Assembly: GCA_043228905.1 (NCBI GenBank)
Contig: JBHGNT010000009.1
Location: 15,252,001-15,316,000 of the forward strand
From: Azolla caroliniana
Taxonomy: Eukaryota; Plantae; Polypodiophyta
Direction: 5' to 3'
Length of the DNA stretch: 64,000 nucleotides
Made by a program: the position numbers and the translations under genes. The notes below the pieces were generated by a model. It worked only from the letters and a program-made list of their open reading frames with translations, did not search any database and was not told the DNA's origin. Below are positions 39,501-52,033 of this stretch, piece after piece. Numbering within the stretch: the stretch's first letter is position 1; the number at the start of each line of letters is the position of its first letter.

Positions 39501-42500
39501 TTGATTTGCTTTGGGTTCTTTGTTCTCATTCTTCTTATCATTCATTGATCTTCTTTCTTCTATTGATCATTTTTGTAGTACCTACTTGACAGCTTCTCAG
39601 GCAATTCCTACCACATTAATAGCATATTATATCAGAATATATACCCTTTGCTATTGCTCCTATTTCTGTGCTCTACCTTTCTCTTCTTCTCTGATCTTCC
39701 TCCTGCACTCATTTTCTGCCTGATTTCATCATTTAAGATTGACCCCTATAGCACCATAAAATGTAAGATTTGGTTTTATTTGAAAACGAGGCCCACAATG
39801 TTTCCCAAGAGTCAGACAACATCATAAGCAAGAAAATAGCCTTCAGTTTGTCATCAATGAGTACGACTTGAATCTTGCAACTGGGATGATATACTCAAAA
39901 ATACACTTAAGTGTTCAGCAACTTTGACTCACCCTTGCATATTGACTACTATCTTCATGAGATGCACTTGGTCAACATGTGTGGTATTCTTACTTGCTCC
40001 TCAGCTTCTTCTAAATGACACATGCAATGCTCAAACACTTGAGACCTACCAACGCCTCATTTGACACGGACATCTTAATGAGTATGTTTGCTTTCTTGTT
40101 GAATGTGACACATGCATGAGTTGTCATATCACTTGATTCTACAGCTGTAAATTTTAGAAAAGAGTATACCTTGCATTGAGATCTTTCCAAAGTTTAAAAC
40201 TGTTAACATTGAATCTCTTATCTAAAAGACACTTTTAACATTGGTCAAGCTAGAGAAATTCATCCAAAAACCCCCAATAACAGAAAGATTCGGCACATGC
40301 AAGATTCTTAAGTCAGATATATTTTAACTTTTGTCTTCGAAAGATCTTTAGCATATGTTGATCTAGAATGGAGAGGTCTCCGAAGCAAGGGAAGCACCCA
40401 TGATGGCAGGAGATAATGGCCTATGATGGACGAGCATAGACAAGAGATGGAGATAGTATATGATTCAAGAAGCAAAGAATAATGATGAAAATATGCTTTA
40501 CTAAATTGGGAATATAAGATTTTATTTACCAAAGTTACACATTCGACCATAAGGATGACACCTTATCTCTGCTCAACTCTCGCTCAAAACCTTGACTTTG
40601 ATCTTGAGAGATGAGAAACCTTTGCACTAACCTAGCTTAATTTCTTGACTATCAAAAAATGTATTTTTCCTTTGATGCCTACATGCTTCCCTTCCTTCTC
40701 CTTAAATAGGTGTTTGAATAAAAATGCATGTGATGTGTGAGTGCATGTATGAGAGAGTGCATGCAATGTATAATTGCCACTTGGCACACATGTGCTATGT
40801 GTGATGCATGATAGCTATGTGTCTCATCTAGCAATGTATGTAATATTACATAAGACATAGCTATCGTGATGAGAATGTAAACTTGTGGAAGAACGTATTT
40901 TAATGGTTTAGACTCAGTGTTTGATATGTGAGGTTATAGGTTCGAGCCTCATAAATTTCACTTGTTATAATATTTGTGTTGAGAATCAAGCTCAACTTGT
41001 GTGAACATGTGCTTATGAAGAAAAGGACGATGTGTGTAAAATGGTGTGAGCACACTTTATTGTACTCTATGTAGTTGTCGAGTGTGTGAGCACATTTTAT
41101 TGTAATCCGTGTAGTTGTCGAGTGTTAATGTGGTCAAAGAATATTAGATATTCTTATAACAAAATCGTACTCAAGTGGATATCTTGGTTAGATTCCACCA
41201 ACACATTTAATATGGCACTCCCTTGAGGACTTGTATATAAAACCCCCTTTGCCCATTCTGTTTTGTTGATGATCTTTAGTTAATTAACATAGCTCTATTA
41301 AGTGCATCAGTTATCATCCTCCTACTGTGTGTTATCTTATTTTCTGGTTATTCTCTCTGATTCCTTCTCTTGATTATACACTCACTCTCACTCCAGCCCA
41401 AGTGGCACACCGCAAAGAAAACATGCCACGAGTGCATGATGCAAGAAAGGAAGGAAAATGGGCCGTATATAGAGATGGCAAGGTCATTATTACTATATGG
41501 ACTCAGCATACCATTGTGCCAACCCTCAAAAGTGGAGACCCCATGATGCCAAGCAACTATAGGACAATCATGATTGGCCATTACTTGGCTAAACTATATG
41601 GGTCGATTCTAGAATCAGAATTGTGTATATGGGCAGAGCAAAATGGCTGCCGTTCAGTTGGACAGGCAGGCTTGCGGAAGGGGTTCACAACTTTGGATCA
41701 CATATTCACCCTCCGGGCCCTTATTGAGGAGGGCAAAGCCCACAATAAGAGGATTTATTGCTGCTTTGTGGATTTCCGAAAAGCCTTTGACATTGTGCCA
41801 CATGCTCGGCTTATGCAGCGGCTAGAAGCCCTTGGTGTTCCTACATATATGCAATGGGGAGTCTATGCACTCTATGAATCTGTGTCAGGAAAAGTGCGGT
41901 CTCCCAAGGGCTTGTCAGAGGCAGTGGGTAGCACAATTGGAGTGAAGCAAGGATGCCCATTATCCCCTACTCTCTTCGGTCTCTACATAGATGAGGTATC
42001 ACATTACATAGAGAGATTCGGGGGTTCCGGAGCACGCCTAGTAGGTATAGCTATACAAATTTACTCTATGCTGATGACATTGTGCTGATTTCTGACTCTC
42101 CAGAGGGACTACAAAGACATCTAAATGCTTTAAAACTATTTTGTATGGACAAAGGTTTGTCAATCAACATGGACAAAACTAAAGTGATGGTGTTTAACAC
42201 CACTCAAGCATGGGTAACAAGATCAAAACTAGAATTCTTCTTGGGAGAGGAAAAGGTGGAATACACACGCCACTACACATACCTAGGAGTAACATTTACA
42301 GGACCTAGGTTCTCCTTACAGGAGACTACTTGTGCCCGACTTTCTCGTGGATATGCAGCCCTAGGTGCTCTCAAGAGACAATGTGCACATCTGCAGTTCC
42401 AAGAGCCACAGACTAAACTATGGTTATTTGATACACTTGTCACACCAACTCTTCTCTATGGAGTAGAAACATGGGGACCAAGTCTTAACAAGGCAAATCA

Positions 42501-45500
42501 TTGGAAAGATTTAGAGAGACCTTTAGTGTCAATGATTGCTCGCATGATAAGGAGCAAAGCATTGGTGCCCCACGATATAATCCGGGCAGAGATGGGAGTA
42601 ACACCTATAATAACCAAGGCATTGTTCCGATCAGTGACATTTATCCAATGTCTTTGGGAGCTACCTAAACGAAGGTACCAAGGTTGGCACTTATGTCATC
42701 AAGACAACTAGCTGAAAATGGAGACACTCATTGTTGGTATGCTAAAATGCAGCAATGGTTTGAGTTACATGGCATGAGTATAAATGCACTACCGTCGTTC
42801 CAATATAGCTTGGACTGTCCCCACCTAAATATGACCAAAGTGGAAAAGAATAGAGTGATCTGGACTGCTATTATTAACTTGGAAAACAAGATAACATGGA
42901 TCAGCCCCAAAATACCACTCAGTACAAAGATGGCCCACTATAAGACGCACTTCTTACATACATCGGAGGATGGATTCGTCATCAGGCCACCTTATATGGA
43001 CATATACATCTATCCTATGCGTTGCGTAGTGTGATAGGGCAGCTAAGAACTTCATCACATCAGCTACAGATTGAGGTAGGCAGATATACACGACGATCTC
43101 TAGAAGAGAGAATCTGCCAATTGTGTCATCAAGGAGTGGAATCAAAGGAACACTATGTTTGTCATTGTAATGTCTTTTATGAAATCAAAGGGAGATACCA
43201 TTGCCTCTTTAAACAAGGCTTTGGCCCACTACACAAGGTAATGGAATATGAGGACCAACGATGCCTAGGACTTTTCTTGCTAGAGCTCAAGAGACATCGG
43301 GAAAAGTGATTGAAGAATACAGCCACACAAGCTCATCCACAAAGAACAATCACAACTTTCTTTAGCCCCATCACTCCTAGTGCTAGAAGTCAACCCCGGG
43401 ATACACAAATGGGCTTCAAACCAGGACATAACAAAGGGGTTACAATTGATCGGGCAATGGCAATTTGCCATGCACGTAGGCCCCGCCTCCATGGACCATG
43501 ACCTCAACACCCTTGTCATCGACAGATAAAAGCCATTATCTCCCGCCATCGTAGGTGCTTCCCTCGCTTCGGAGACATTTCCATTCTTGATCGACCTATG
43601 CTAGAGATCTTTCGAAGACAAAAGCTACAATATACCTAACTTGAGGATCTCACATGTGCCAAAAACCAGATTCCCTTGTTTCTTCTCTTTTCATCTTATT
43701 TACTTTTATATTTACTATGTAGTATTTATTTTATTTTGATTTGTTCTCAAAGACGAGACAACACTTAAGATGTAATCTATTATTTGGTCTTATAGGCCAT
43801 TTTGGCCTCTTAAAAGACGTTAATATATCTTTCTTTCACACACACACACTACGCTTCTGAATACTCAACTCTACTAGAGTTAGATTCTTTACATGGTATC
43901 AAAGCGTGAGGGTTAGAGATCCTTCACTGAGCTCTACCATTGAAACTGTGTGAGCAGCTAGAGACGTTGTTTTAAAACCTGCTATCGTCGCATGCCGCTA
44001 TGCATGTTGCTTTGTATTCTGCCTCCGTTGAAGATAGTGCCACTGTTGGTTGTTTTTTACTACTCCACGAAACAGCTCCAGAGCCTATCCTACGCATCTA
44101 CGGTTTCCTAGATTAACACCTTATCGACCCATATGGTCGAGTTGCACACTAGCCGCTTCTCATTTGGGGCGCTATCACAAACTGTGCACTCTAAGAGCAC
44201 ATATGGGGATAGATTTACAACTTGGGGCTGATTATTTTAGCTAACAGATCAAGTAGCAGATTGTCTTACAAACGGACTTGGGCTAGTAAGTCTTTCTAGA
44301 CTGTGTGACAAGATGGGCTTAGTGGATATCTTTCGCCCAGCTTAAGGGGGAGTGTTGAGAATGATTAAAGTTATAGCCAAAACGGCTAGCCAGCCCCAAC
44401 ATATAGTTATCCCAACGGCCAGATCTTGGCCTTTAAGAGGGACCTTCTCCTCATGTAAAAAGTGATCTCTGTGTGTTTCTCTCTCCTGTTGTGACATATA
44501 TGTATATTCTTGAGAATAAAGGTGTTTTTCTCATTTTTCCATAGAAAGATATATTAACGTCTTTGAAGAGGCCAAAATGGCCTATAAGACCAAACAAGAG
44601 ACTACATCTTAAAATGTTGTCTTTTTTTTGAGAACAGCAAATTCAAAATAAACATAACGAAGTAAAGAAGTAAATAGAAATAGAATGAAGAGAGATAAAG
44701 ACAATTAATACAAGTTTTATCCCAAATCTAGGGTTTGGGATATTGGGACATCATTTTATGAAAGTGGGCACTTTAGCCACTTGGACAATATGAACAGGTT
44801 AAAAACATCCAAAATCCCAAATGCCTAAAGGTCAAAGTATTATGTTTGCATAAGTAGGAAAACAAAACCCTAGAACGCTCTAGAGAAGAGCTACAAGGAG
44901 GAAAGGGCAAAGTGTACATGAGGAGAGTACATAGAGCCTTTATCCCCCAATAAATGTAGGAAACCAGATCAGGGACACCAAAAAATAGCTTTCTCAATGA
45001 CTACTCATGATACAATAAACTATTTATGGCTTGGTTTGAAAAAAAAGAAAAAACATCTTTTATAGTGCATGTATTAAGATGTCCAATATTGTAGTTTGGC
45101 CCGAGAAATGCCCTACAATCATTTTCAAGGCACATAATATTAGATGGATACCTCACTAATTTTATCATAGAAGATTTTCGGTCTTTTTGCCCACAAGAAT
45201 AAATACTTACATTATTTGTAAGTATCTCTTCGGAGGTGCGACGAACAAAACCAACTGTTCACTCTTATTCATGATGTTACAAGTTCAGAACATACCAACT
45301 GTGTGTTTTGTAACGGCTTACTCTCAAGAGTAGCATTCTTGGAGGTAAGAGCAACAAAACCTAAGTCTGAATCTGTTTACTCTTATTCATGATGTTACAA
45401 ATTTGAAACATACTAACTATGTGTTTTTTTCAGGTTTATTCTCAAGAGAAGCACTCTTGGAGGTAAGAGCATCTAGTCTCATCTGGCAGATTCCTTTGCT

Positions 45501-48500
45501 GTTTTGAAACTTTTATTATTATACATGTTCTCAAACTAGTCATGTGACCCTGTATTTTGTTTGTGTTGGTGGAGCAAGACAGCAAGACTTCAGAAAACAG
45601 AACATAAAAGGTATCATGAACCTTACCTCAAGAAGATTCAAACCCATTATTATCGCCAAAATGGATGCACCTATGGGTAATCCCTGCCCAATTTGCCCAT
45701 AAGCCTTTCCGGCCAATGAGGCCCCAACGCCCAAGAGGGCAAGCGTCGTGGCAAGTCCTAAAGCGAATGACAGAGAATCCAAGAAAGTCTGTACCAAATC
45801 CAGTAACAGAACTCAAAAACAGATAGTTAATGAGAATGTTAATTAGGGTACTATAAATCTAAGTTGGATTATAATAGATGAAAATGATGGGTTCCAACCT
45901 GCCCACGGCTTTTCCCAGCTCCAGAGGCCCCTATACAAGCAAATTAACATGCATGAGCATTCTCTTGTAAACTAAATTTTTACGTTTCTTTCTAAAACTT
46001 TTACAGAAGTTATGAAGTTAATACCAATATACCCAAGAGTCAATGGCAAGACACTTAAAGTGCATGGTGAAAAACTTGTGACCAAACCTGCTCCAAAAAT
46101 AATAGCAACGCTGTCCAAATAGGCAAGTCATTCAACAAATAATGTCAATGATGACAAGAGTTCCTTTAATTCCATATATGTAGGCTTAAGTATCAATTTG
46201 TATGTACCTCAGTGGACCTAAAGAGCTCAACTGCAGTTCCACAACTTCATTCGCATTCTGACCAGCATTAAACAATAGGCTGCTGAACCAGTCAGCTGCT
46301 CCAGCATCAGATAGGAATAAAGAAGATTGCAATGTTGTCTCCCCTCCCTGAATGTTGAGTGTTATGTGGTAAAGATCCACACAGTTAACACTAATTTTAA
46401 GTTCCTTACATTTTGAGACTATATCAAAAAGCAACCATTTGCAGTTTTAAAAACTACTATGGTTTAAGTATCTACGAAGTACTTATCAAATAAACTGACC
46501 ATTCGTTTATATATTGTTCTACCTTCACTAGATAAGATAAAATGGAGTAATGGCAAGTTAAGAAGGCTATGAATATTTTACAGGATTTTTGGATGTATGT
46601 AAGGCAGCATTTATCACAGAACATCATCATGATAATGATGGACAAGAATTAGTACTATGGAATCCACGAACTTTGTCAAGTTATCAGAAATGTGATGCAG
46701 CCTGTACCATTGGTTATGAAAGCCAAACATAAACATTCATATGTTACACAGGCTTCAACATAATCTAAAGTTGGGACAGTTTTGAGACACATGAAAACGA
46801 GCTAATTTTTGTGCTGGGAATCACCTTTTTAGAAATGTATAGGCATCTCCAAAAGTTAGATTATTGCAAGCTTATATAGGTGATTCATAGTAAATCTACA
46901 TGCTACATGCACACAGAAATACTTGTCCCTTTTCATGCAATTGATTAGCTTTCTTGAGAACAAACCAATTTAATTGTGTGAAATAAATGTAGAAAAATGA
47001 TGACAAAAAAGTAATACAGGAAAAAATATAGGTTCTTTCTTCCTCGTATTGTTGCATAGATTCGAATTTTATACTTATCCTCTCCTAGAACATAATTGGC
47101 TGCAATTCCAGCTGCTGGTGACTAAATAAATAGACACATAGGTTCGCGTTCCTCAATGTCTTTATTTTTTCATGAGTTCTTTGTAGAAAGGAAAATTTCC
47201 AATCATTTCTAGGAAAGGTATTGATTACAAGCTCCCTATATCCATGTTGAGCTCAACTTTCATAAGAATACCTGTTGAAGACTCATGCATTTCTCCTTTC
47301 TCATGGAAGGATGTAAATAGAGTCTGGATTTAGGCAATATCGGTCAAATTTTCTTTCCTAAACGCATCATGTGTAGAAGCTGGGAATACAATGTGATGGA
47401 AAAAAACAGCTTTGTCAATTCATTGTGCCGCAAAGAACCCACAAGGAAAATAGTAGAATTAACTAATTTCCCTATATCTCTTCTGTTCAGTCTGTTCAAT
47501 TACCCTCAGTGAATCCGTTTACAGGAATCTGCAATCTCAACAACATAGATAAAGATAAAAGTTGAACCAGAGTGAAGAGAGCAGCAAATGCATCCGAGGC
47601 AGCAAGTGCATCTTTTGTTCCTGTAATATAACCATAAGAAAACCCAATATTACTTTTTGAATATATTGCATGAAAATTTCACATCTCTCCAATCAACTGT
47701 ATTACTTTTTTGTTTATATCACATGCATGTGCTTTGTCTAGGCGATGTATCCATAATGAAATCAATACTTTTGCAATATTTAGATGGGGACTCATAGAAG
47801 CTGAAGTTTGCACTGATAGCTTTCATATCTGGCATTTTGGCCCATCACCATGCCTCTCCTTTTTCTTTTCTTGATCTTCTCTTTAATTCTCATAAATAGG
47901 CATAAACAGAATCTATCCATAAATAAAAATAATAATCATGTGGAAAACCATAGGAGGATGCATAAAGAATAGGCAATTCAAAATATATTATTAGATCTTA
48001 CATCTTTCCCTCATAAATTTTCAGTCAGCTTGAAGACTGTTGACAGTATAGACTCTACCAAAACCGTCCTACATGATCATTGGCCATGCCTGACAGACAA
48101 TGTTCAACAATATTTTCTTGAGTTGCATAATACAACCCCTCTATAAATCAGAGCCCCTCCAAAAACAGCTGCCAATTCTACATATTTGATTGCTCATAAT
48201 AGATATTCAATACTACAAGCTTTCAGTGTATGGATCCTATGAGCAATCTGACTTCCTTGCCCAGGGGTTCAATATGTAGCCATGTAAACAAATATCAAAT
48301 AAAGGGTATAATTTCTACCTTGAATGTATAATGTACAATGTTTCCCTTGAAGAATCGTAAAACATTGAAGCAAAATCATCATTGGAAAATGGACCTTATT
48401 TCAGATGACTATGGATGCAATTAAATTCCAACCTTGACTTCCATCATCTTTTGAAAGGCAGATAGATAGATCTACAAGTATGGTTTTAAATTGTCATTTG

Positions 48501-50520
48501 ATATCATTCTGGGTGTAAGATAAGTGGTCTCAGGCTTCCCCTTCAATTTTCTTTCATAATTATCAATGCTGCATCCATCTTTATAACAATAGTCATGGCA
48601 TCCCCCCGTGGCTGCTATTTTCTTTCTATCTAGCCAACTCACACATATGACACAACTTTTCCTTGTAGTAACTAATTCCAAGGTTTCGATGATGCAGCAG
48701 ACTTCATGACTACCCCCAAGTACATTGGCATTGTTTTGTACTTTTTGACCATATCAATTCATGGCAAAAAATCATGTTTCATTTTAATGCTTCAACTCGT
48801 GTTGTACATCTCTCTGGCCACTTGAGATTTGATTGCATGTATTCATCCATAGCCATCTCTTCTTGCATTCCAACTAGCATTTTTCATTAACCTAGATGCA
48901 TGAGCATTCAACCTAATCTCTGATCAAACATTCAGGAATTTCGTTTAATTATTATTTCTGCATTCAAATGCATCAAGATTCAACTGCAATTTGAGAAAAG
49001 CTTTGGCATACATACATGTATTGAGCTCCATCTCTCTAATAATATATTCTATAGTTTAGGTTTTTAATATCTGAGCATTCACTTGCATCAATATTCAGCT
49101 ACATCTTGAGATAGGCCACATGGATCCTTCTATGATGAGCCATCTCCTAGGCATCGTTTTCATTTCCAGTATGTTTAAAATCAATGATGACAAGTGAAGA
49201 TTACATATCAATAATATAATTATCTACTATCAAGGTCTTTACATTCATGAAACTGGGCATTCACAAAAGAAGACTAACTTTAGGATTCAGGATTTAATCA
49301 TGAAACATAAAAGTTTTACCTATGAGCATTCAGAAAGAGAGATGGCGTCAGAAACAAGATTTGATCAACACTGAACTGATCATCCTCAAATAAACAACAC
49401 ATGTAATCTTGCTTGATTACTTCTTCAGTATACTTGGTATCAATTACATATATGCTTGGTAGTCTACCCTTTTCTTCTGTATTTGTATGATCTATATTTG
49501 TTTCTGTGGATTGGCATTGTCAAAGATTTCTTGCTACGGTATACTCTATCTACACTTTATGGTAGCAAATCTTCGGTGTTTAAACGTCCAATACCATATC
49601 ACGCTAATTCATTGCATTAATTTCCATGATAACCGCTATCATTTTCAAACTAGCTCATCATGATGCTCAAATACAATTTTTCATACTTATTCAGCATATT
49701 CATTTCAATGATGCTCAAATACCTCTTCCAAACACATTCAGCACATTCATTTCCATGATACGCAAATATCATTTCACAATCATTAATCCATCATTATTTT
49801 CCGTGATTGCCAATACCATCTCAAACTAATTCGTCCCTCTATTTCCCATGATTGGCACACCCATCTCAGGCTACTTCATCATAGTAGTTCCCGATAACAG
49901 CCAATACCATCTCAAACAAATTTATATTAATGTCTATGATAGACATTATTATCAACGTAATTCATCAAGTTCATTTTTGTTATAGCCAAATAAGCAGTAC
50001 AAGCTAATGTATCAGATTTATGTGTTTTCCGTTGGGGATCCAAACAATTGATCGCAATGACATCAGAAACAGCAAAGTCTCCATACACATACAGACTTTT
50101 TTAGCAATTCTACATACACATACACACACTCTTTTCTTTTTATGATATCGTGCACATTCTCATACACATAAAATATGCATACACACATATATGCATGTAT
50201 ACATATAAAGCATACACATGCGCTTACACCCACAAATATGCAATGCACGCCCATACCTGTGAAGGCCAGAGCAGAACTTGCTCCATGGATCAAACTTTTA
50301 CACAAAAATGAGTCTTCTCTTCTGGACAAGGAAATCGCAGATGGTCTCTTAACCAGAGATAGAGAAGAAGGGACTGCATATACATATATTCCATTGAAAT
50401 GTTAGCACGAAAAATCAGGAGAGAGGGAGGGGGAGGGAGGGAGAGACAGAGACAGAGACAGAGACAGAGACCTGATTGAAGCACGGATGGGGTGTGGGCA
50501 GTGAAGCTGGATAAGGCCAT
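27566..50520 (-). CDS. CcdA: Cytochrome c-type biogenesis CcdA-like chloroplast protein (DsbD-beta family thiol-disulfide transporter)
   Basis: Confident exons: 46347-46208, 46110-46025 ([15 protein letters not shown]), 45930-45899, 45788-45627, 37571-37499, 37399-37299 ([12 protein letters not shown]), 37218-37126, 37024-36978, 27647-27566 ([18 protein letters not shown]...*). Probable transit-peptide exons 50520-50472, 50373-50257 and 47620-47504; the link from these to 46347 is unresolved. Both catalytic PC motifs are intact. Confidence 0.92.
28222..28476 (-). mobile_element. Small Copia fragment (pre-RT linker)
   Basis: [30 protein letters not shown] resembles the EPxSFxEA...W..AM..EM motif. 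Confidence 0.6.
28865..29127 (+). mobile_element. Short 3'-end copy of the RTE/RTEX-like LINE inserted in LTR1
   Basis: Matches 43585-43837; ends ATATATCTTTCTTTCTTTC. Confidence 0.88.
30736..31217. mobile_element. MITE-like non-autonomous DNA transposon inserted in the Copia integrase
   Basis: TIRs ATTAACAATCGGCAACGGTT / AACCGTTGCCGATTGTTAAC, flanked by TGCA (30732-30735 and 31218-31221). Removing it restores KAVVA-MTP. Internal AACCG repeats and an AT-rich core. Confidence 0.9.
33382..34010 (+). mobile_element. 3' fragment of the RTE/RTEX-like LINE inserted in LTR2
   Basis: Nearly identical to 43213-43837, with the same [12 protein letters not shown]...RPRLHGP peptide and tail. Confidence 0.92.
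34760..35477 (-). mobile_element. Copia integrase fragment (different family)
   Basis: ORF 34918-35478: [32 protein letters not shown]. Confidence 0.85.
35478..35862 (-). mobile_element. Inverted fragment of the neighbouring Copia family (INT-RT linker)
   Basis: ORF 35456-35878 is a close match to the 31210 ORF segment ([13 protein letters not shown]...QSQEPTT...IGLKWIFK). Confidence 0.88.
38640..40260 (-). mobile_element. Heavily deleted Copia remnant (gag, protease, RNase H) in a CcdA intron
   Basis: [27 protein letters not shown] (38741-38926), [19 protein letters not shown] (39054-39284) and protease-like [10 protein letters not shown] at ~39300-39330. Confidence 0.75.
40560..40860 (-). 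mobile_element. LTR-like segment related to 55750-56087
   Basis: Shared blocks CTTGACTTT..GAGAGA, TTTCTTGA and TTGCCA(C/T)TTGGC(A/G)C(A/T)CATG. Confidence 0.5.
41494..43837 (+). mobile_element. 5'-truncated RTE/RTEX-like LINE (best-preserved copy), antisense to CcdA in an intron
   Basis: [52 protein letters not shown] and [15 protein letters not shown]...RICQLC...EHYVCHC; few frameshifts; 3' stem-loop and (TTTC)n tail. Confidence 0.94.
43850..44543 (+). mobile_element. Internally deleted or chimeric Copia: LTR end, PBS, short internal region, RNase H end, PPT, LTR (3' part of the same family as 1-2990)
   Basis: PBS TGGTATCAAAGC at 43894-43905; 44245-44350 matches 2680-2786; LTR starts TGTTGAGAATG at 44353. 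Confidence 0.8.
44543..44700 (-). mobile_element. Short antisense copy of the LINE 3' tail
   Basis: AGAAAGATATATTAACGTCTTTGAAGAGGCCAAAATGGCCTATAAGACCAAAC is the reverse complement of the LINE tail. Confidence 0.85.
45256..45471. repeat. ~117-bp tandem duplication in a CcdA intron
   Basis: ACTCTTATTCATGATGTTACAA...CTTGGAGGTAAGAGCA occurs twice. Confidence 0.85.
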
Positions 50521-51282
50521 GGAGGGAACAGTCATGAGGAGAACGAACACGAAACTGAGTGAGTGGCCTGCAAATAGTACAACTATATATACATATGTAC
50601 ATATAATATACATACATATACATACGTACGTACATAAGCAAGGAGAAGAGTGACTAACGCACGCTCTTCTCTATTTGCTACCAAATCAATACATATGAGG
50701 CGGGGGCAGGGGAATTGGACGGTGCAGGGCACGTTTGGAAGGGTGTGTGCGATCTGCACCGTGCATATCTTTATCCAAGCATGTGCGTTGCGTTGCTAGC
50801 AACCCAACTATGACTAGCCTTTGTCACCGATTGCCCGGCTCTACCCCCTTCTACTATCACCGATAACCTAGCTCTCTCACCAATAGCCCCGTCGCCCAAT
50901 GCTAGTAACCCCACTCACCTAATGCATGATAATAGTTTATCTATGAGATGAAAGTTTGTGGTAGAGGGTTGTTATGCACACATTACGTAGGTGAGGGTAG
51001 GTCACTAATATTTACATAAGTGAAGGGTATGTATATGTTCATTAATGTTTAAAAGGGACTAATGTAATTGTATAGAAGGAATGATGGGTGCATGCACTAT
51101 CATGATCTTGACAACCAATGAATAGAGAATCTTTTAGAAAGGCATGTCCATTCAAGGGTCCTAGGAAGAGGTATAAATATGAGGTCTAACTACCATTATA
51201 AACACATTATGTCGTAAGGTGATTGTCTTAAGACACTAGTGGTGCAAGCTAGGCTTTCGTCACTACGATCATGTTATCTCTT

Positions 51283-51824
51283 CTAACGGTTCGGTTTAGG
51301 CTTAAACGGTTTGTCCTTATCCAAGCCAAACCAGTTAAGCCTAAACCGTTTTGGGGTTCTCAAACCTGAACCAAACCAAACCGATCCCTAAACCAGTTTA
51401 GGAAGCGATTTGGGAGCTGGTTTGGAACAAAAAAATTGAAGATACCCAAAAAACACCACTACCACTTCCTCCTACTCTTCTTCTTCTCCTCATAACTCCC
51501 ACCCCCTCGGCCTTACCACTTATGAGTCAAACTCAACTCCAAGTCCCACCTTCACGACTCCCTCTTTGTAGACTACTATGATTGGTCGGTTGACATCCAT
51601 GAATCCCCTGCCTCCCACCACCTAAACCACGAGGCCCAAGGCTATGGAGACCTATCACTCTCGATGATCCAATCCTTGTCCAAAGAATGTATATAACAAC
51701 GTAACACTAAACAATAAGGAGGTCCCTTGATTGTCCATTATGCAAGCTCTCTCTCCCTCTATGGTCACTCAATAGTATGTTACCTATGGCTTCTTGTCAG
51801 TCTCTCTATCAACTTTCAAGCTCT

Positions 51825-51865
<41 letters not shown>

Positions 51866-52033
51866 TAACTGTCTAATTTCTAACTTTCTAAACCCTAATT
51901 CTTAAATCACATAAATGGCTAAAATGTCTTAACTAGTTTGAGCCAGTTTGGCAAGGCTCAAGCCGAGCCAAGCCGAGCCGCTAAGCCATTTAAAACCGGT
52001 TTAAGCTTGAGCCAAGCTGTTGTCGATCCCTAA
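51283..52033. mobile_element. Degenerate hAT/MITE-like element with AACCG/AGCCG subterminal repeats and an internal (TCTAAGT)n array
   Basis: Right end CTGTTGTCGATCCCTA (TAGGG-type terminus); AAACCG/GAGCCG clusters at both ends; 7-mer array at 51822-51868. Confidence 0.55.

Noticed and set aside
48280-48900. Nested gene or extra CcdA exons
   Set aside because: Some splice-like sites, but stops interrupt the frames and no domain is recognisable.
51822-51898. Interstitial telomeric repeat
   Set aside because: The unit TTCTAAG differs from CCCTAAA at three of seven positions; only one AAACCCTAA is present and it lies in a MITE-like element.
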